This document shows positions 10,377 through 21,466 of a DNA stretch of 64,000 bases, one piece after another. Location of the stretch: positions 544,001 to 608,000 of the forward strand of contig CAVOVB010000001.1 in assembly GCA_963699755.1 (NCBI GenBank), read 5' to 3'. Position 1 is the first letter of the stretch. Each line of letters starts with the position of its first letter. Made by a program: the position numbers and the translations under genes. Source of the DNA: an uncultured delta proteobacterium (lineage in GTDB: Bacteria > Myxococcota_A > Polyangia > Polyangiales > Houyiibacteriaceae). Under the pieces are notes generated by a model, which saw only the letters and a program-made list of their open reading frames with translations, was not told where the DNA came from and ran no database searches.

Positions 10377-10539
10377 AGCGTGATCCTAAACCTGCTCGCC
10401 AACCCTGGCGAGGATCCCGGCCCGGGGGGCAAAACCCATGCGAAAACCGCGCACAAAACCGGGCTAACGGCCCTCATCCGTGCTTCGGTTCACCGCGACG
10501 ACCGGTCGATGAAGTGGCGTCATCCGCCCGAGCTTACGT

Positions 10540-10863
10540 TTGGGGATAGGATCACGGGTTGCACCTTCATCTTTCCGCAGTGTAGTGGAGGGGCCTGCTT
10601 CAGCACAGCCGGTTCCGATTGCATCCAGGGGACTGACGACACCGACATTATCTTCGCCTTGGGGGGGCGACGATTGCATCTGCGGCGAAGCCGGTGGCGA
10701 CCAGGTGCTCGACGGGAACGCCGACAATGACGCGCTTGACGGCGGTACGGGCAGCAACACTGTGAACGGAGACTCTGGCCTCGATCGCTGCGTGGACTTC
10801 AGGATTACCGATGACAGCTGCGAGCTCCTCACCCGTGCAACCTCGCATCAGTCAGCGCGTTAA
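10540..10863 (+). pseudogene. Remnant with hemolysin/RTX-type calcium-binding repeats
   Basis: IQGTDDTDIIFALGG, then a frameshift in a G-run, then DDCICGEAGGDQ..GNADNDALDGGTGSNTVNGDSGLDRC (GGxGxD-like repeats). Confidence 0.5.
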
Positions 10864-10899
10864 GCCACCGAGGCTGGTCCATCGTCCGCTGGGTTGCTT

Positions 10900-12196
10900 C
10901 TTCGGAAGCTGGCACCGTGGCTTCTCCCTCTACCGCGAAGTCGATGGCGAGTTGGAAGCGATTCACGAAGGGCTGCTGCCCGGCCTGCTGGATGCCCCTC
11001 AGGGCGGGGTCGATGGCTTCCGCGACGACGGCGCCGACGCAAGCGAAACAGCGCGATACTTCCTGGTCGAGGTCGACGTGCGAGGCGCAAAATCAGAGCT
11101 CGGTCCCTTCGAGGTCAGCTTCGCCTCCGGAGACGAAACGCTCCTCGAGCGGAGCGCGCTCTTGGCACGCCAAGCCCACGAGCTGGGCCGGATCGGGACG
11201 AGCAACTTCGACGGCGCCGTCCGCGTCAGGCAACCTTCAGTGCTGTGGTGCTCGTCGGCAAAGGCTCGTTCGACTACCGCGACATCATGAGCCGTGGTGG
11301 GAACCTCCTCCCAGCGCTCATGCGGCGGGCGCAGAATGGCCTTCTCTCCTCGGACACTGCCTTCGCCGATTTCCTCGGGGACGATGGCATGCCAGACAGG
11401 ACTCGCTCGACGCCTTGCCGGACGACGTCACGCTACTCGCCGATGCGACCCTTCCCAGCGTAATTTCGGGGCGTCCAGCGACTCCGTCAGTGAAGCTCTC
11501 CCGGCCAACTGGAACGCGACCGCCGTGTACTGATCCGAGCTAGGTGATTTGGGATCGACCCGCGCCCTGTTCTTCGACGAGGTTCGCAAGAGACCCCGCC
11601 TGGTGAGCTACTTCGGTCATTCCGGGACTCAAGCGTTCGGATCCACCGAGAGACTCTTGACCATCGAAGGCCTGGAAACGATGACGATCGACGAGTCACA
11701 GCCATCGTTTTCCAACATGACCTGCCTATCGTCGCGGTTCGCGGTACCGGGTCTCGTTTCGCTCGGCGAAGCGCTCTTGCTCGACGACCGGGCGGCCGTC
11801 GCAGTTTGGGGTCCGTCGGGCGTGTCGATCGACGAGCAAGCGACCTTGTTGGCCCGCAGGCTGTTGAATGAGCTGAGCTCGGGAGAAGAAACGCGAATCG
11901 GTCTCATGATCAATCGCGCCTTTCCGGTGCTTGCTGAAACGGAGTGCGGTCGCGAGATGATCGGGATTTACCATCTGTTCGGGAATCCGGCGCTACGCGT
12001 GGTCGAATCGGAGGACCGGGGCGGCCCCAACGACCCGACCGATCCAGCTAGCACAGGCTTTGACAGCGGCGGTGCCGGGAGCTGTTCGGTCGACTGGTCA
12101 CGACCCAGCACCGAGGTTCCATTCCTCTTCCTGTTGAGCGTCCTGGCGCTTGCTTGGCGACGGCGACGCAGCGCTGCGTTGCGCTCAAACCGATAG
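10900..12196 (+). pseudogene. Fragmented C25 (gingipain-family) cysteine peptidase with a MYXO-CTERM-like sorting signal
   Basis: Pieces in different frames: GFSLYREVDG..GLL, VVLVGKGSFDYRD...SDTAFAD..GDDGMP, SYFGHSG, NMTCLSSRF, SLGEALL, AVAVWGPSG, YHLFGNPAL. Tail reads GGAGSCSV...FLFLLSVLALAWRRRR. The 5' boundary is approximate. Confidence 0.7.
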
Positions 12197-12251
12197 GGAG
12201 AGACGACGGCCCCGGGACGGTCTTGGCCCGGGCGCCAGCTTTGCGCCGGCT

Positions 12252-13919
<1,668 letters not shown>

Positions 13920-13958
13920 CTAGAGCATTGCGCGTTGCGCGTTGCGCGCAACAGGCGG

Positions 13959-13987
13959 ACCCTAGAGGCCCGGCCCAATGGTGTCAA
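13959..13987 (-). promoter_or_regulatory. Sigma70-type promoter of pyrG
   Basis: TTGACA-N17-TAGGGT on the minus strand, about 50 nt upstream of the ATG. Confidence 0.6.
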
Positions 13988-14033
13988 CGCGACTCTGGCT
14001 CGAACTTGCCGATACCGTGATTGTGCAGATTTT

Positions 14034-15212
14034 CTAGCGCTGCGACTCCGGCGAATCGACTGGTTCCGCAATGAGGGAAGCACGCGTGACACCCGTCGAC
14101 CCAAAGCGTTCGCGGAGCGCACGCGTCGTTGCTGCCAATCGCTCCCGCCGCTCTCGGTCGACGTCGGGAAAGAGCTCGGCGTCCGGCTCTTTGGTCAGCG
14201 ACGAAACCGAAACCCCGGTGAGACGCACGCCCTCGTCGATCGCCTCGAAGCGCGAGAGCAACTCACTCGCGGTTCGAAAGATCGCATCGGTGTCAGAGAT
14301 CGCCCGAGGAAGGCAAGCCTGCCGGGTTCGAATGCGATGATCGCCGTACTTGATCTTCAGGGTGACGACCCGTGCCCAGAGCCCCTTGTTCACGAGACGG
14401 TCGGCGACCTCCATCGACTGCCGCAAGATTGGCTTGAGCAGTGCATCCATAGTCGTGAGATCCTGCTCGAAGGTAGCCTCGCTGCCGAGGCTCTTCGGCG
14501 GCACCCCGACGACCACGGGCCGCTCATCGATCCCGCGCGCAAGCTCTCGCGCGACCGATCCCCAGCTCCCCATGAGGTGCTCGAGCGTCCGCAGGTCCGC
14601 GCGGGCTAGGTCTCCGATCGTCTGTAGACCTGCCGCCCGGAGCCTCACCCTCGCCTTGGGCCCGACCCGCCACATACGTTCGAGTGGCAGCGGAGCGAGG
14701 AAGTCGGCGGCTCCGCCCTCCGGGACGACAGTCAGCCCATCGGGCTTATCGAGGTCGCTTGCGATTTTGGCGACGAACTTGTTCGAGGCGACACCTGCCG
14801 ACCCGGTGAGTCCGATCTCCGAGCGCACGTCATCCCTTATCCGACGCGCGATTTCCGGCCCGTCCCCAAAGAGCTTCCGGCTAGCGGTCACGTCGAGGAA
14901 CGCCTCATCCACCGACAGCCCTTCGACCTCTGGCGTATAGCGCCGAAAAACAGCAAAAACCTGGGCACTGAGCTCGGAATAGCGGGCGCGCCGCGGGGGA
15001 ACGACAATGGCGTCGGGGCAACGTCGCAGCGCCTCCACCATCGACATCGCCGAGCGAACCCCGGCCGGGCGCGCCTCATAAGAGGCCGCCGTAACGACCC
15101 CTCTCCGCGAGCGAGCGCCAACCAAGACGGGCCTCCCGCGCAATTCCGGGGCGTCCAGCTGCTCCGCCGACGCAAAAAACGCGTCCATGTCGAAGTGGAT
15201 GACTGTACGCAT
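14034..15212 (-). CDS. dinB: DNA polymerase IV
   Basis: IHFDMDAFFAS, ASYEAR, LSVDEAFLD, NKFVAKIASDLDKPDG. Confidence 0.96.
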   Translation of the reverse strand: MRTVIHFDMDAFFASAEQLDAPELRGRPVLVGARSRRGVVTAASYEARPAGVRSAMSMVEALRRCPDAIVVPPRRARYSELSAQVFAVFRRYTPEVEGLSVDEAFLDVTASRKLFGDGPEIARRIRDDVRSEIGLTGSAGVASNKFVAKIASDLDKPDGLTVVPEGGAADFLAPLPLERMWRVGPKARVRLRAAGLQTIGDLARADLRTLEHLMGSWGSVARELARGIDERPVVVGVPPKSLGSEATFEQDLTTMDALLKPILRQSMEVADRLVNKGLWARVVTLKIKYGDHRIRTRQACLPRAISDTDAIFRTASELLSRFEAIDEGVRLTGVSVSSLTKEPDAELFPDVDRERRERLAATTRALRERFGSTGVTRASLIAEPVDSPESQR

Positions 15213-15243
15213 GTGCTCTGTTGGGACCCTACCTCAACAGGTC

Positions 15244-15272
15244 TTGATCGCCAGCGCGATCAAACGTACCGT
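15244..15272 (+). promoter_or_regulatory. Sigma70-type promoter for the TRAP genes, overlapped by a palindrome
   Basis: TTGATC-N17-TACCGT, 8 nt before ATG 15281; TTGATCGC-N4-GCGATCAA covers the -35 box. Confidence 0.45.
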
Positions 15273-15280
15273 CCGGCGCT

Positions 15281-16282
15281 ATGGCTGAATCGGGTAACGA
15301 CAACCCTTATGAAGGTCCCTGGGGGCCCCTGCGACGGATAGACGACTGGATCTTCCATGTGGAGATGGGGGTCTTGTGGACCTTCCTCGGTGTCTCGGCG
15401 GTCATGGTCTTTCTCGACGTCGTATACCGGCGTCTCGCGGCGCCCGATAGCAAGGTCGCCGAGCTCACCGCTCGGGTCCTCCGCATCGAAAGTCCCGAAG
15501 CGATGGACACCCTGACCACCATCGGTCCGATCGTGACCTCGATCATCGGCGTGGGCCTCGTCTACTTCGCCTTTTGGACCGCCGAGAAGCATGCGTCCGA
15601 GGGCCGAGAGCAGTCGCGCATCAAGCCGCTCATCGAAACCGCCGCCGCCTGCGCCGGCCTGGGCCTCCTCGGTTGGATCATGCTCCAGCCTCGAGTCGAG
15701 TCACGCTGGTTCTATCTGCTTCTCTACGCGCTTTGTTCTGCGGTATGGCTCTTCACTCTGCTCCGGGGGCGTGCAGCCGGTTGGGTCAGCAAGCTCATCG
15801 CCTTCGTGGTGGTCACCGCACTGTACCTGTACATCACGTTCAACTTCTTCCCCGACGGGTACAGCTGGTCCAAGGAGCTTTCGCTCATCATGCTCCTTTG
15901 GGTCGGCTTTCTCGGTGCAAGCGTTTGCGCGCACGAGGGCAAGCACATTCAAGTGGGCGCGCTCAAGAAGGTCGTGCCCCCGTCGATGTCCCGGTTCTCC
16001 GATGCAATCGGCTACCTCCTGACCGCTGGGTTCTGCTTTTTCATGGCGTTGTTGGGCTACGAGTACGCGGCGGAGGCGATTCAGCTCGAGGGCCGATTCG
16101 AGCAGACCAACATTCCCGACTGGGTGGCAACGATCGCCGTTCCTGCGGCGTTCGCCATGACGATGATTCGCTACATCGGCGCAGCCTTCAGCTCGATCAT
16201 GGGCGGCTCGTACGGTGCCGCTCCCGAAGAAGAAGCCGTGGTCGCTGCGACCCAGGTTTCCAAGAAGGGAGCGGAAGGATGA
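15281..16282 (+). CDS. dctQ: TRAP transporter small permease (DctQ-like), enlarged
   Basis: WSKELSLIMLLWVGFLGASVCAHEGKHIQV motif; ATGA overlap with dctM. Confidence 0.8.
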   Translation: MAESGNDNPYEGPWGPLRRIDDWIFHVEMGVLWTFLGVSAVMVFLDVVYRRLAAPDSKVAELTARVLRIESPEAMDTLTTIGPIVTSIIGVGLVYFAFWTAEKHASEGREQSRIKPLIETAAACAGLGLLGWIMLQPRVESRWFYLLLYALCSAVWLFTLLRGRAAGWVSKLIAFVVVTALYLYITFNFFPDGYSWSKELSLIMLLWVGFLGASVCAHEGKHIQVGALKKVVPPSMSRFSDAIGYLLTAGFCFFMALLGYEYAAEAIQLEGRFEQTNIPDWVATIAVPAAFAMTMIRYIGAAFSSIMGGSYGAAPEEEAVVAATQVSKKGAEG

Positions 16283-17877
16283 ACCAGGTCCGAGAGCGCA
16301 AGCTTCCACTCCTCATCATGATCGCGATCATCGTCTTCCTGCCGTTCCTCGGCAAGGGCGGTATTCTCGCATCCGCGATCATCGCCGCAGCACTCGTAGG
16401 TGCGCCGCTTTTCGTTCTGATCGGTATCGCTACCCTCGGCAGCCTCTTCCTTTGGAGCGGTTTCCGGGAGCCGATCCAATTCACGATCGTCATCGAAGGC
16501 ATTCGGAGCCTTGCGGACAGCCCTACCCTCCTCGCGATCCCGTTCTTCATCATGAGCGGCGCGGTCATGAGCCGCGGGCAGATCAGCCAGCGCCTGGTCG
16601 ACTTTGCGCAGGCGCTCATCGGCTGGGTCCCGGGGGGCATGGCGATGAGCGGCGTCATCGCGTGCATGCTCTTCGCAGCGATCAGCGGCTCGAGCCCGGC
16701 CACCGTCGTCGCGATCGGGACCATGATGGGGCCTGCCCTCATCGCCGAAGGTTACCGAGAGCGTTTCTCTCACGGCTTGCTCACCTCGGCGGGTTCGCTG
16801 GGCATTCTGATTCCGCCATCGATCCCGATGATCGTGTACCCGATCGTGAACCAGACGGCAGTGATCGAAGTCGAGCGCCTCTTCGCTTCGGGCTTCGGCC
16901 CTGGCATCGTCATGGGCTCGATCCTGATCGGCTACTCTTTCTACCATGGCATGGTCGACAAGATCCCGACCTCGCCATTCAAGTTCAAGCGGCTCGCAGC
17001 CGCTACCCGGGATGGCTTCTGGGCCTTGATGTTCCCGCTCCTGATCCTCGGCGGCATTTACGGCGGTATCTTCAACGCGGTTGAGGCCTCTGCCGTCAGC
17101 GTCGCATACGCGGTCCTGGTCGAGGTCTGGCTGCACCGAGCGCTCAAGCTCAAAGACATCCCCGCCATCTTCGGCGAGACCGGCGTATTCCTAGGTTCCT
17201 TCCTGGTCATCATGGTCATGGCGCTGGCGCTCGGCGAGTTCCTCGAAAAGGAGGAGATCCCAGCGCTCATGGTCGAGTGGATTCAGGGCAAGGACCTCGA
17301 GCACTGGCAGTTCCTCATCCTGCTCAACCTGATCCTTCTCGCTGTCGGCATGATGATGGACATCCTCAGCGCGATGTTCGTCTTTGTCCCGCTCTTGGCG
17401 CCGATCGCCGCTTCGATGGGCGTCGACCCGATGCACTTCGGCATCATCTTCATCGTCAACTTGGAGATCGGCTACCTGACGCCGCCCGTCGGCCTGAACC
17501 TCTTCGTTGCAAGCGCGCTCTACGAGAAGGGACTCGGTCACATCATTCGAAGCGTTGCGCCGTTCGTGGGCCTGATGCTGATCGGCCTCGCCCTCATCAC
17601 CTGGTACCCGCAGATCTCGATCGGTCTCGGCAACGCGATCATGGGCGCGGACCCCAACGCCCTGGTCGACGAAGACGGGGACGGCGAAGATGACCGCGGC
17701 GCGGATGCCGGCGGCATGCCCACCATGGAAGAAATGATGCAGGAAGCCATGGAAGCCGACGACGCCGACGAGGAGGAGGACCTCGAGGACGAGGACCTCG
17801 AGGACGAGGACTTCGAGGACGAAGAGCTCGAGGATGAAGAAGTCGAAGGAGCACCAGACCCCCAACAAGGACAGTAG
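16279..17877 (+). CDS. dctM: TRAP transporter large permease (DctM) with an acidic C-terminal tail
   Basis: LLAIPFFIMSG, FAAISGSSPAT, LGILIPPSIPMIVY, EIGYLTPPVGLNLFV. The likely start is ATG 16279 (MNQVRE), not 15574. Confidence 0.93.
   Translation: MNQVRERKLPLLIMIAIIVFLPFLGKGGILASAIIAAALVGAPLFVLIGIATLGSLFLWSGFREPIQFTIVIEGIRSLADSPTLLAIPFFIMSGAVMSRGQISQRLVDFAQALIGWVPGGMAMSGVIACMLFAAISGSSPATVVAIGTMMGPALIAEGYRERFSHGLLTSAGSLGILIPPSIPMIVYPIVNQTAVIEVERLFASGFGPGIVMGSILIGYSFYHGMVDKIPTSPFKFKRLAAATRDGFWALMFPLLILGGIYGGIFNAVEASAVSVAYAVLVEVWLHRALKLKDIPAIFGETGVFLGSFLVIMVMALALGEFLEKEEIPALMVEWIQGKDLEHWQFLILLNLILLAVGMMMDILSAMFVFVPLLAPIAASMGVDPMHFGIIFIVNLEIGYLTPPVGLNLFVASALYEKGLGHIIRSVAPFVGLMLIGLALITWYPQISIGLGNAIMGADPNALVDEDGDGEDDRGADAGGMPTMEEMMQEAMEADDADEEEDLEDEDLEDEDFEDEELEDEEVEGAPDPQQGQ
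17776..17850 (+). repeat. Five degenerate 15-bp tandem repeats (GAGGACCTCGAGGAC) encoding EDLED
   Basis: EDLED EDLED EDFED EELED EEVEG read directly from the sequence. Confidence 0.85.
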
Positions 17878-17941
17878 CCCGACGACTCCGGGCTGAGCAC
17901 GGCTGCGCGAGGCGGAGAGCCGTGATAGGCTCGCTCGCCCG

Positions 17942-19738
17942 ATGGCGTACACCGTTCTCGCGAGAAAATACCGGCCCCAGCGCTTCGAAGACCTCGTTGG
18001 TCAGGAGCACGTTGCGCGCACGCTTGCGAACGCGATCGAAGCCGATCGCGTGGCGCACGCGTTCTTGTTCACCGGCGTTCGCGGGGTGGGCAAGACCAGC
18101 ACGGCCCGACTGCTCGCCAAGGCGCTCAACTGCGAGCGAGGGCCGACCCCGACGCCTTGCAACGAGTGCGCACCCTGCCTCGAAATCACCGCAGGCATCG
18201 ACGTGGACGTCCAGGAGATCGACGGCGCTTCGAACAACAGCGTCGAGGACGTGCGCCGCCTGCAAGAGTCCCTGCCGTATCGGCCACAGCGGGACCGCTA
18301 CAAAATCGTAATCGTCGACGAGGTCCACATGCTCTCGGCGGGTGCGTTCAACGCTTTCTTGAAGACCCTGGAAGAGCCACCTGAGCACGTGAAGTTCATC
18401 TTTGCGACCACCGAGAGCCACAAAGTGCCGGTCACCATCCGATCTCGATGCCAGCAGTACGATTTCCGGCTCATTCCTCACCGACTCATCGCCGAGCGAG
18501 TTCGTGGGATTCTTCGTGCGGAATCTCTTGCAGCGGATGAAGAGGCGATTTCGGTCGTGGCTCGCGAGGCAGCGGGCTCGATGCGCGACGCCCTCACTTT
18601 GCTCGACCAACTCGTCGCGATCTCCGACGATCGAATCACGGCAGACACCGTGGCCGCAAGCCTTGGAATCGCGGCACGCGAGGCTCTCTACGACGTGGCT
18701 GGTGCGGTCCTTCAGGGTGACGGCGCCGCGGTCATCAAAGCGATCGACGCGCTCGCCGACAAGAGCGTCGACATGCAGCACTTCGCCCGCCAGCTTCTCG
18801 AATTGATGCGAGACCTGGTCGTCCTCAAGCTCGACGCCGGAGACCCGGCCGACTGGGTCCCCGAAGAGCGAGAGGCCGCCGAAGCGCTCATAGGGAACAT
18901 CGACATCCTCGAGCTCCAGCGCGCCTTTCGAGCGACCTCGATGGTCATGGACGAAATGGCTCAGAGCCCGAACCCGAAGCTCATGCTCGAAATGGGCTTG
19001 GTGCGAGTCGCCACTCGACCTCCTCTTCAATCCGTGTCCGAGCTTCTCGCCCGACTCGAAGCACTCCAGGGAAATGCCGGCACCACGGGCAGCGCGACCG
19101 GCGGTTCGCGGCCGCGCGCGCCAAACCCCAAGCCTGTTCCGCGTTCGGCGACGCCGGAGCCAGAGGCCAAGCCCGAACCGAAACCCGAGACTGCGCCGGC
19201 ACACAAACCTGCAAGCGAACCGGCACCCGAGCCGAAGTCGAAGACGCCAAGCCAGCCGATCATGCCGGCCACCAAGCACTCCGGCGGTTTTCAAACCAGC
19301 ACCGGCGAGGTGCTGACCCCGATTCGCCGAGCCGCCCTCCAAGAATGGGAAGAGCTCGTCAGTACGCTCGAACGGCAGCAACCCGCGCTCGCTGCCGTGC
19401 TGGAGCACGGGATTCCCAAGGCCGTAGGCCCCGACCGAATCGTTCTCTCGTTCAAAGACGGCTCGTTCTATGGGCGCCAAGCAGAGTCGCCCGAATCGAT
19501 CGCTGCCATCGCGCGAGCCGCCGAAGAGCAACTCGGCGCGCGCCCCGAAATCCAGATTCGCTTCGACGCCAAGGGCGAGGCTGCGACCAAAACCGTCGCG
19601 GCTGTCGCCGCCCAACGCAAAGAAGCTGCGACCGAAGCCAAACGCAAAGAGGCGCTCAACCACCCTCGCGTGCGCGACGCCATAGACGTATTTCCCGAAT
19701 CAGCTGGGAAGCTGAAAGTGCACATCGAAGCGGACTGA
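17942..19738 (+). CDS. dnaX: DNA polymerase III subunit gamma/tau
   Basis: LARKYRPQRF, GVRGVGKTS, DEVHML, SRC; Pro-rich linker. Confidence 0.97.
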   Translation: MAYTVLARKYRPQRFEDLVGQEHVARTLANAIEADRVAHAFLFTGVRGVGKTSTARLLAKALNCERGPTPTPCNECAPCLEITAGIDVDVQEIDGASNNSVEDVRRLQESLPYRPQRDRYKIVIVDEVHMLSAGAFNAFLKTLEEPPEHVKFIFATTESHKVPVTIRSRCQQYDFRLIPHRLIAERVRGILRAESLAADEEAISVVAREAAGSMRDALTLLDQLVAISDDRITADTVAASLGIAAREALYDVAGAVLQGDGAAVIKAIDALADKSVDMQHFARQLLELMRDLVVLKLDAGDPADWVPEEREAAEALIGNIDILELQRAFRATSMVMDEMAQSPNPKLMLEMGLVRVATRPPLQSVSELLARLEALQGNAGTTGSATGGSRPRAPNPKPVPRSATPEPEAKPEPKPETAPAHKPASEPAPEPKSKTPSQPIMPATKHSGGFQTSTGEVLTPIRRAALQEWEELVSTLERQQPALAAVLEHGIPKAVGPDRIVLSFKDGSFYGRQAESPESIAAIARAAEEQLGARPEIQIRFDAKGEAATKTVAAVAAQRKEAATEAKRKEALNHPRVRDAIDVFPESAGKLKVHIEAD

Positions 19739-19747
19739 AAGGATCGA

Positions 19748-20068
19748 ATGAATTTTCGCGGCGGAATGGGAGAGCTCATGCGGCAAGCAGGCCGTGTCCA
19801 ACGCAAGGTCGAGAAGCGTCGGGAGGAGCTCAATGAGGAGACTTTCGAAGCCAGCGCAGGGAATGACAAGGTGACTGCAGTTGCCAACGGCATTCCCGAG
19901 CTCGCCGAAATCCGAATCGACAAAGCGCTTCTGCAGGAAGAGGACCTGGAGATGGTGCAGGATCTCATCGTCGCGGCCGCCAACGCCGCTTTGACGAAGG
20001 CGCGCGAGCACGTGGACGCCGAAATCGAGAAAATCACGGGGGGCCTTTCGATACCTGGGCTTGGCTGA
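19748..20068 (+). CDS. ybaB: YbaB/EbfC nucleoid-associated protein
   Basis: Lies between dnaX and recR; DLEMVQDLIVAAAN motif. Confidence 0.93.
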   Translation: MNFRGGMGELMRQAGRVQRKVEKRREELNEETFEASAGNDKVTAVANGIPELAEIRIDKALLQEEDLEMVQDLIVAAANAALTKAREHVDAEIEKITGGLSIPGLG

Positions 20069-20071
20069 TCG

Positions 20072-20671
20072 ATGACGGCAAACGACCCGATTGCTTCGCT
20101 GATCTCGTTGCTCTCGAGGCTGCCCGGAGTCGGCCAGCGCACCGCCGCACGACTGGCTTTTTTCGTGCTCGAAGGGGAGGCGCAGTACGCCGACGCGCTC
20201 GGCCAGGCTCTAAAGACGATCCACGACGAGGTCACGCGCTGCGAGCTTTGCGGGAACTACGGCGCCGAGTCGCGGTGCGCAATCTGCCAGGACACGCGCC
20301 GCGATGCGTCCCTGGTTTGCATCGTGGCGAAAGTGCCCGATTTGATCGCGCTCGAAGCACTCGGAAGCTTCCGCGGCCGCTACCACGTTCTGCACGGCCT
20401 CCTGGCACCGCTCGACGGCATCGGTCCTGATCAACTTCCGCTCGATGCGCTCGAACATCGCATCGTCGATGAAGGTATCAAGGAGGTCATCGTGGCCACG
20501 CCGCTCAATGTCGAAGGAGAGGCGACGGCTCTCTACGTGGCCGACGCCTTGTCATCGTCCCCGGTGCGCGTCTCACGAATCGCCGCAGGGGTGCCTCACG
20601 GCGGCGAGCTCGAATTTACCGATCAGGTCACCCTGGTACGCGCGCTCGAAGAACGACGGGCCGTTCGCTGA
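20072..20671 (+). CDS. recR: Recombination mediator RecR
   Basis: LPGVGQRTAARLA, C4 zinc finger CELC..CAIC, Toprim motif EGEATA. Confidence 0.96.
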   Translation: MTANDPIASLISLLSRLPGVGQRTAARLAFFVLEGEAQYADALGQALKTIHDEVTRCELCGNYGAESRCAICQDTRRDASLVCIVAKVPDLIALEALGSFRGRYHVLHGLLAPLDGIGPDQLPLDALEHRIVDEGIKEVIVATPLNVEGEATALYVADALSSSPVRVSRIAAGVPHGGELEFTDQVTLVRALEERRAVR

Positions 20672-20767
20672 AATCGCGAGGGGCTGAATTCCGGCCCGAT
20701 TTCGGCGGAAGCCATCGTATTTGAATCTTTCGCCGGGCCCTCTCGTAGAAGAGCGAGAGGTGGCCCC

Positions 20768-21460
20768 ATGCTTCGAATCCCAGTCTTTCCACTCATTGGC
20801 TTCGCGATCGTGCTGAGCAGCGCGACCTCGGCGCGCGCCGAGGTCGTCGTCGTCAGTCCTCAACAGGCCTCGTCCCCGGTCGTGATCAAGACGAGACCAC
20901 CCACGGTCGTCGTCGTCAAACATACGCCGATTCAGCAACCCCCAGCGCCCCCGCCGCCACCGCCTGCGAAGCGGGACCGCAAGCTCGGACTGCACTTCGA
21001 CTTCGGTGGCACCTTCGGGCCGCGCGTCTTGATGGGCGGCTTCGGGGGCGCGCTTCGCTTCCGACCCACCGAGCACGTCGGGATCGATTTGGGCTCCGGC
21101 TACTACGCCGGCAACGACTACCAGGGCTTCTACCGCACGGAGATTCCAGTCACTGCAAACGTCCTCTTCTTCGTCAATCCGCAGCACAAGTTTCAGTTCT
21201 ACTTGTTGCTCGGTCCCGGACTCTCCTTCAGTCGAGTCGAAACGATCAACGAAGTTCGCCCGATGACCCATGTGGGAGGTCAGGCCGGTGCGGGGATCGA
21301 GCTCAGGCTCGCGCCCGCGTTCGCGCTCAATGCGGACGTTCGTGGCGTGATCCGCTACCGAATCGACAATGACCCGCGACCCGAGTTCTTCGACGGGACG
21401 CGCAGCACCAATACCTCGGGTGGCGCGATACTCACCTTCGGCGGGACGATCTACTTCTGA
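20768..21460 (+). CDS. Secreted outer-membrane beta-barrel domain protein
   Basis: Signal peptide, Pro-rich linker, amphipathic beta strands, C-terminal Phe (GGTIYF). Confidence 0.7.
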   Translation: MLRIPVFPLIGFAIVLSSATSARAEVVVVSPQQASSPVVIKTRPPTVVVVKHTPIQQPPAPPPPPPAKRDRKLGLHFDFGGTFGPRVLMGGFGGALRFRPTEHVGIDLGSGYYAGNDYQGFYRTEIPVTANVLFFVNPQHKFQFYLLLGPGLSFSRVETINEVRPMTHVGGQAGAGIELRLAPAFALNADVRGVIRYRIDNDPRPEFFDGTRSTNTSGGAILTFGGTIYF

Positions 21461-21466
21461 GCTCGG

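Noticed and set aside
15574..16278. Apparent N-terminal extension of DctM
   Set aside because: Overlaps dctQ out of frame; the likely start is 16279, with an ATGA overlap.
17776..17850. Short repeats as a CRISPR array
   Set aside because: In-frame coding repeats without spacers; no array or cas genes seen anywhere in the window.
17639..19663. 674-aa minus-strand ORF
   Set aside because: Antisense shadow of dnaX; no motifs, and expected in GC-rich DNA.
17942..19738. dnaX gamma/tau frameshift signal
   Set aside because: No A AAA AAG or long A-run seen in the linker region.
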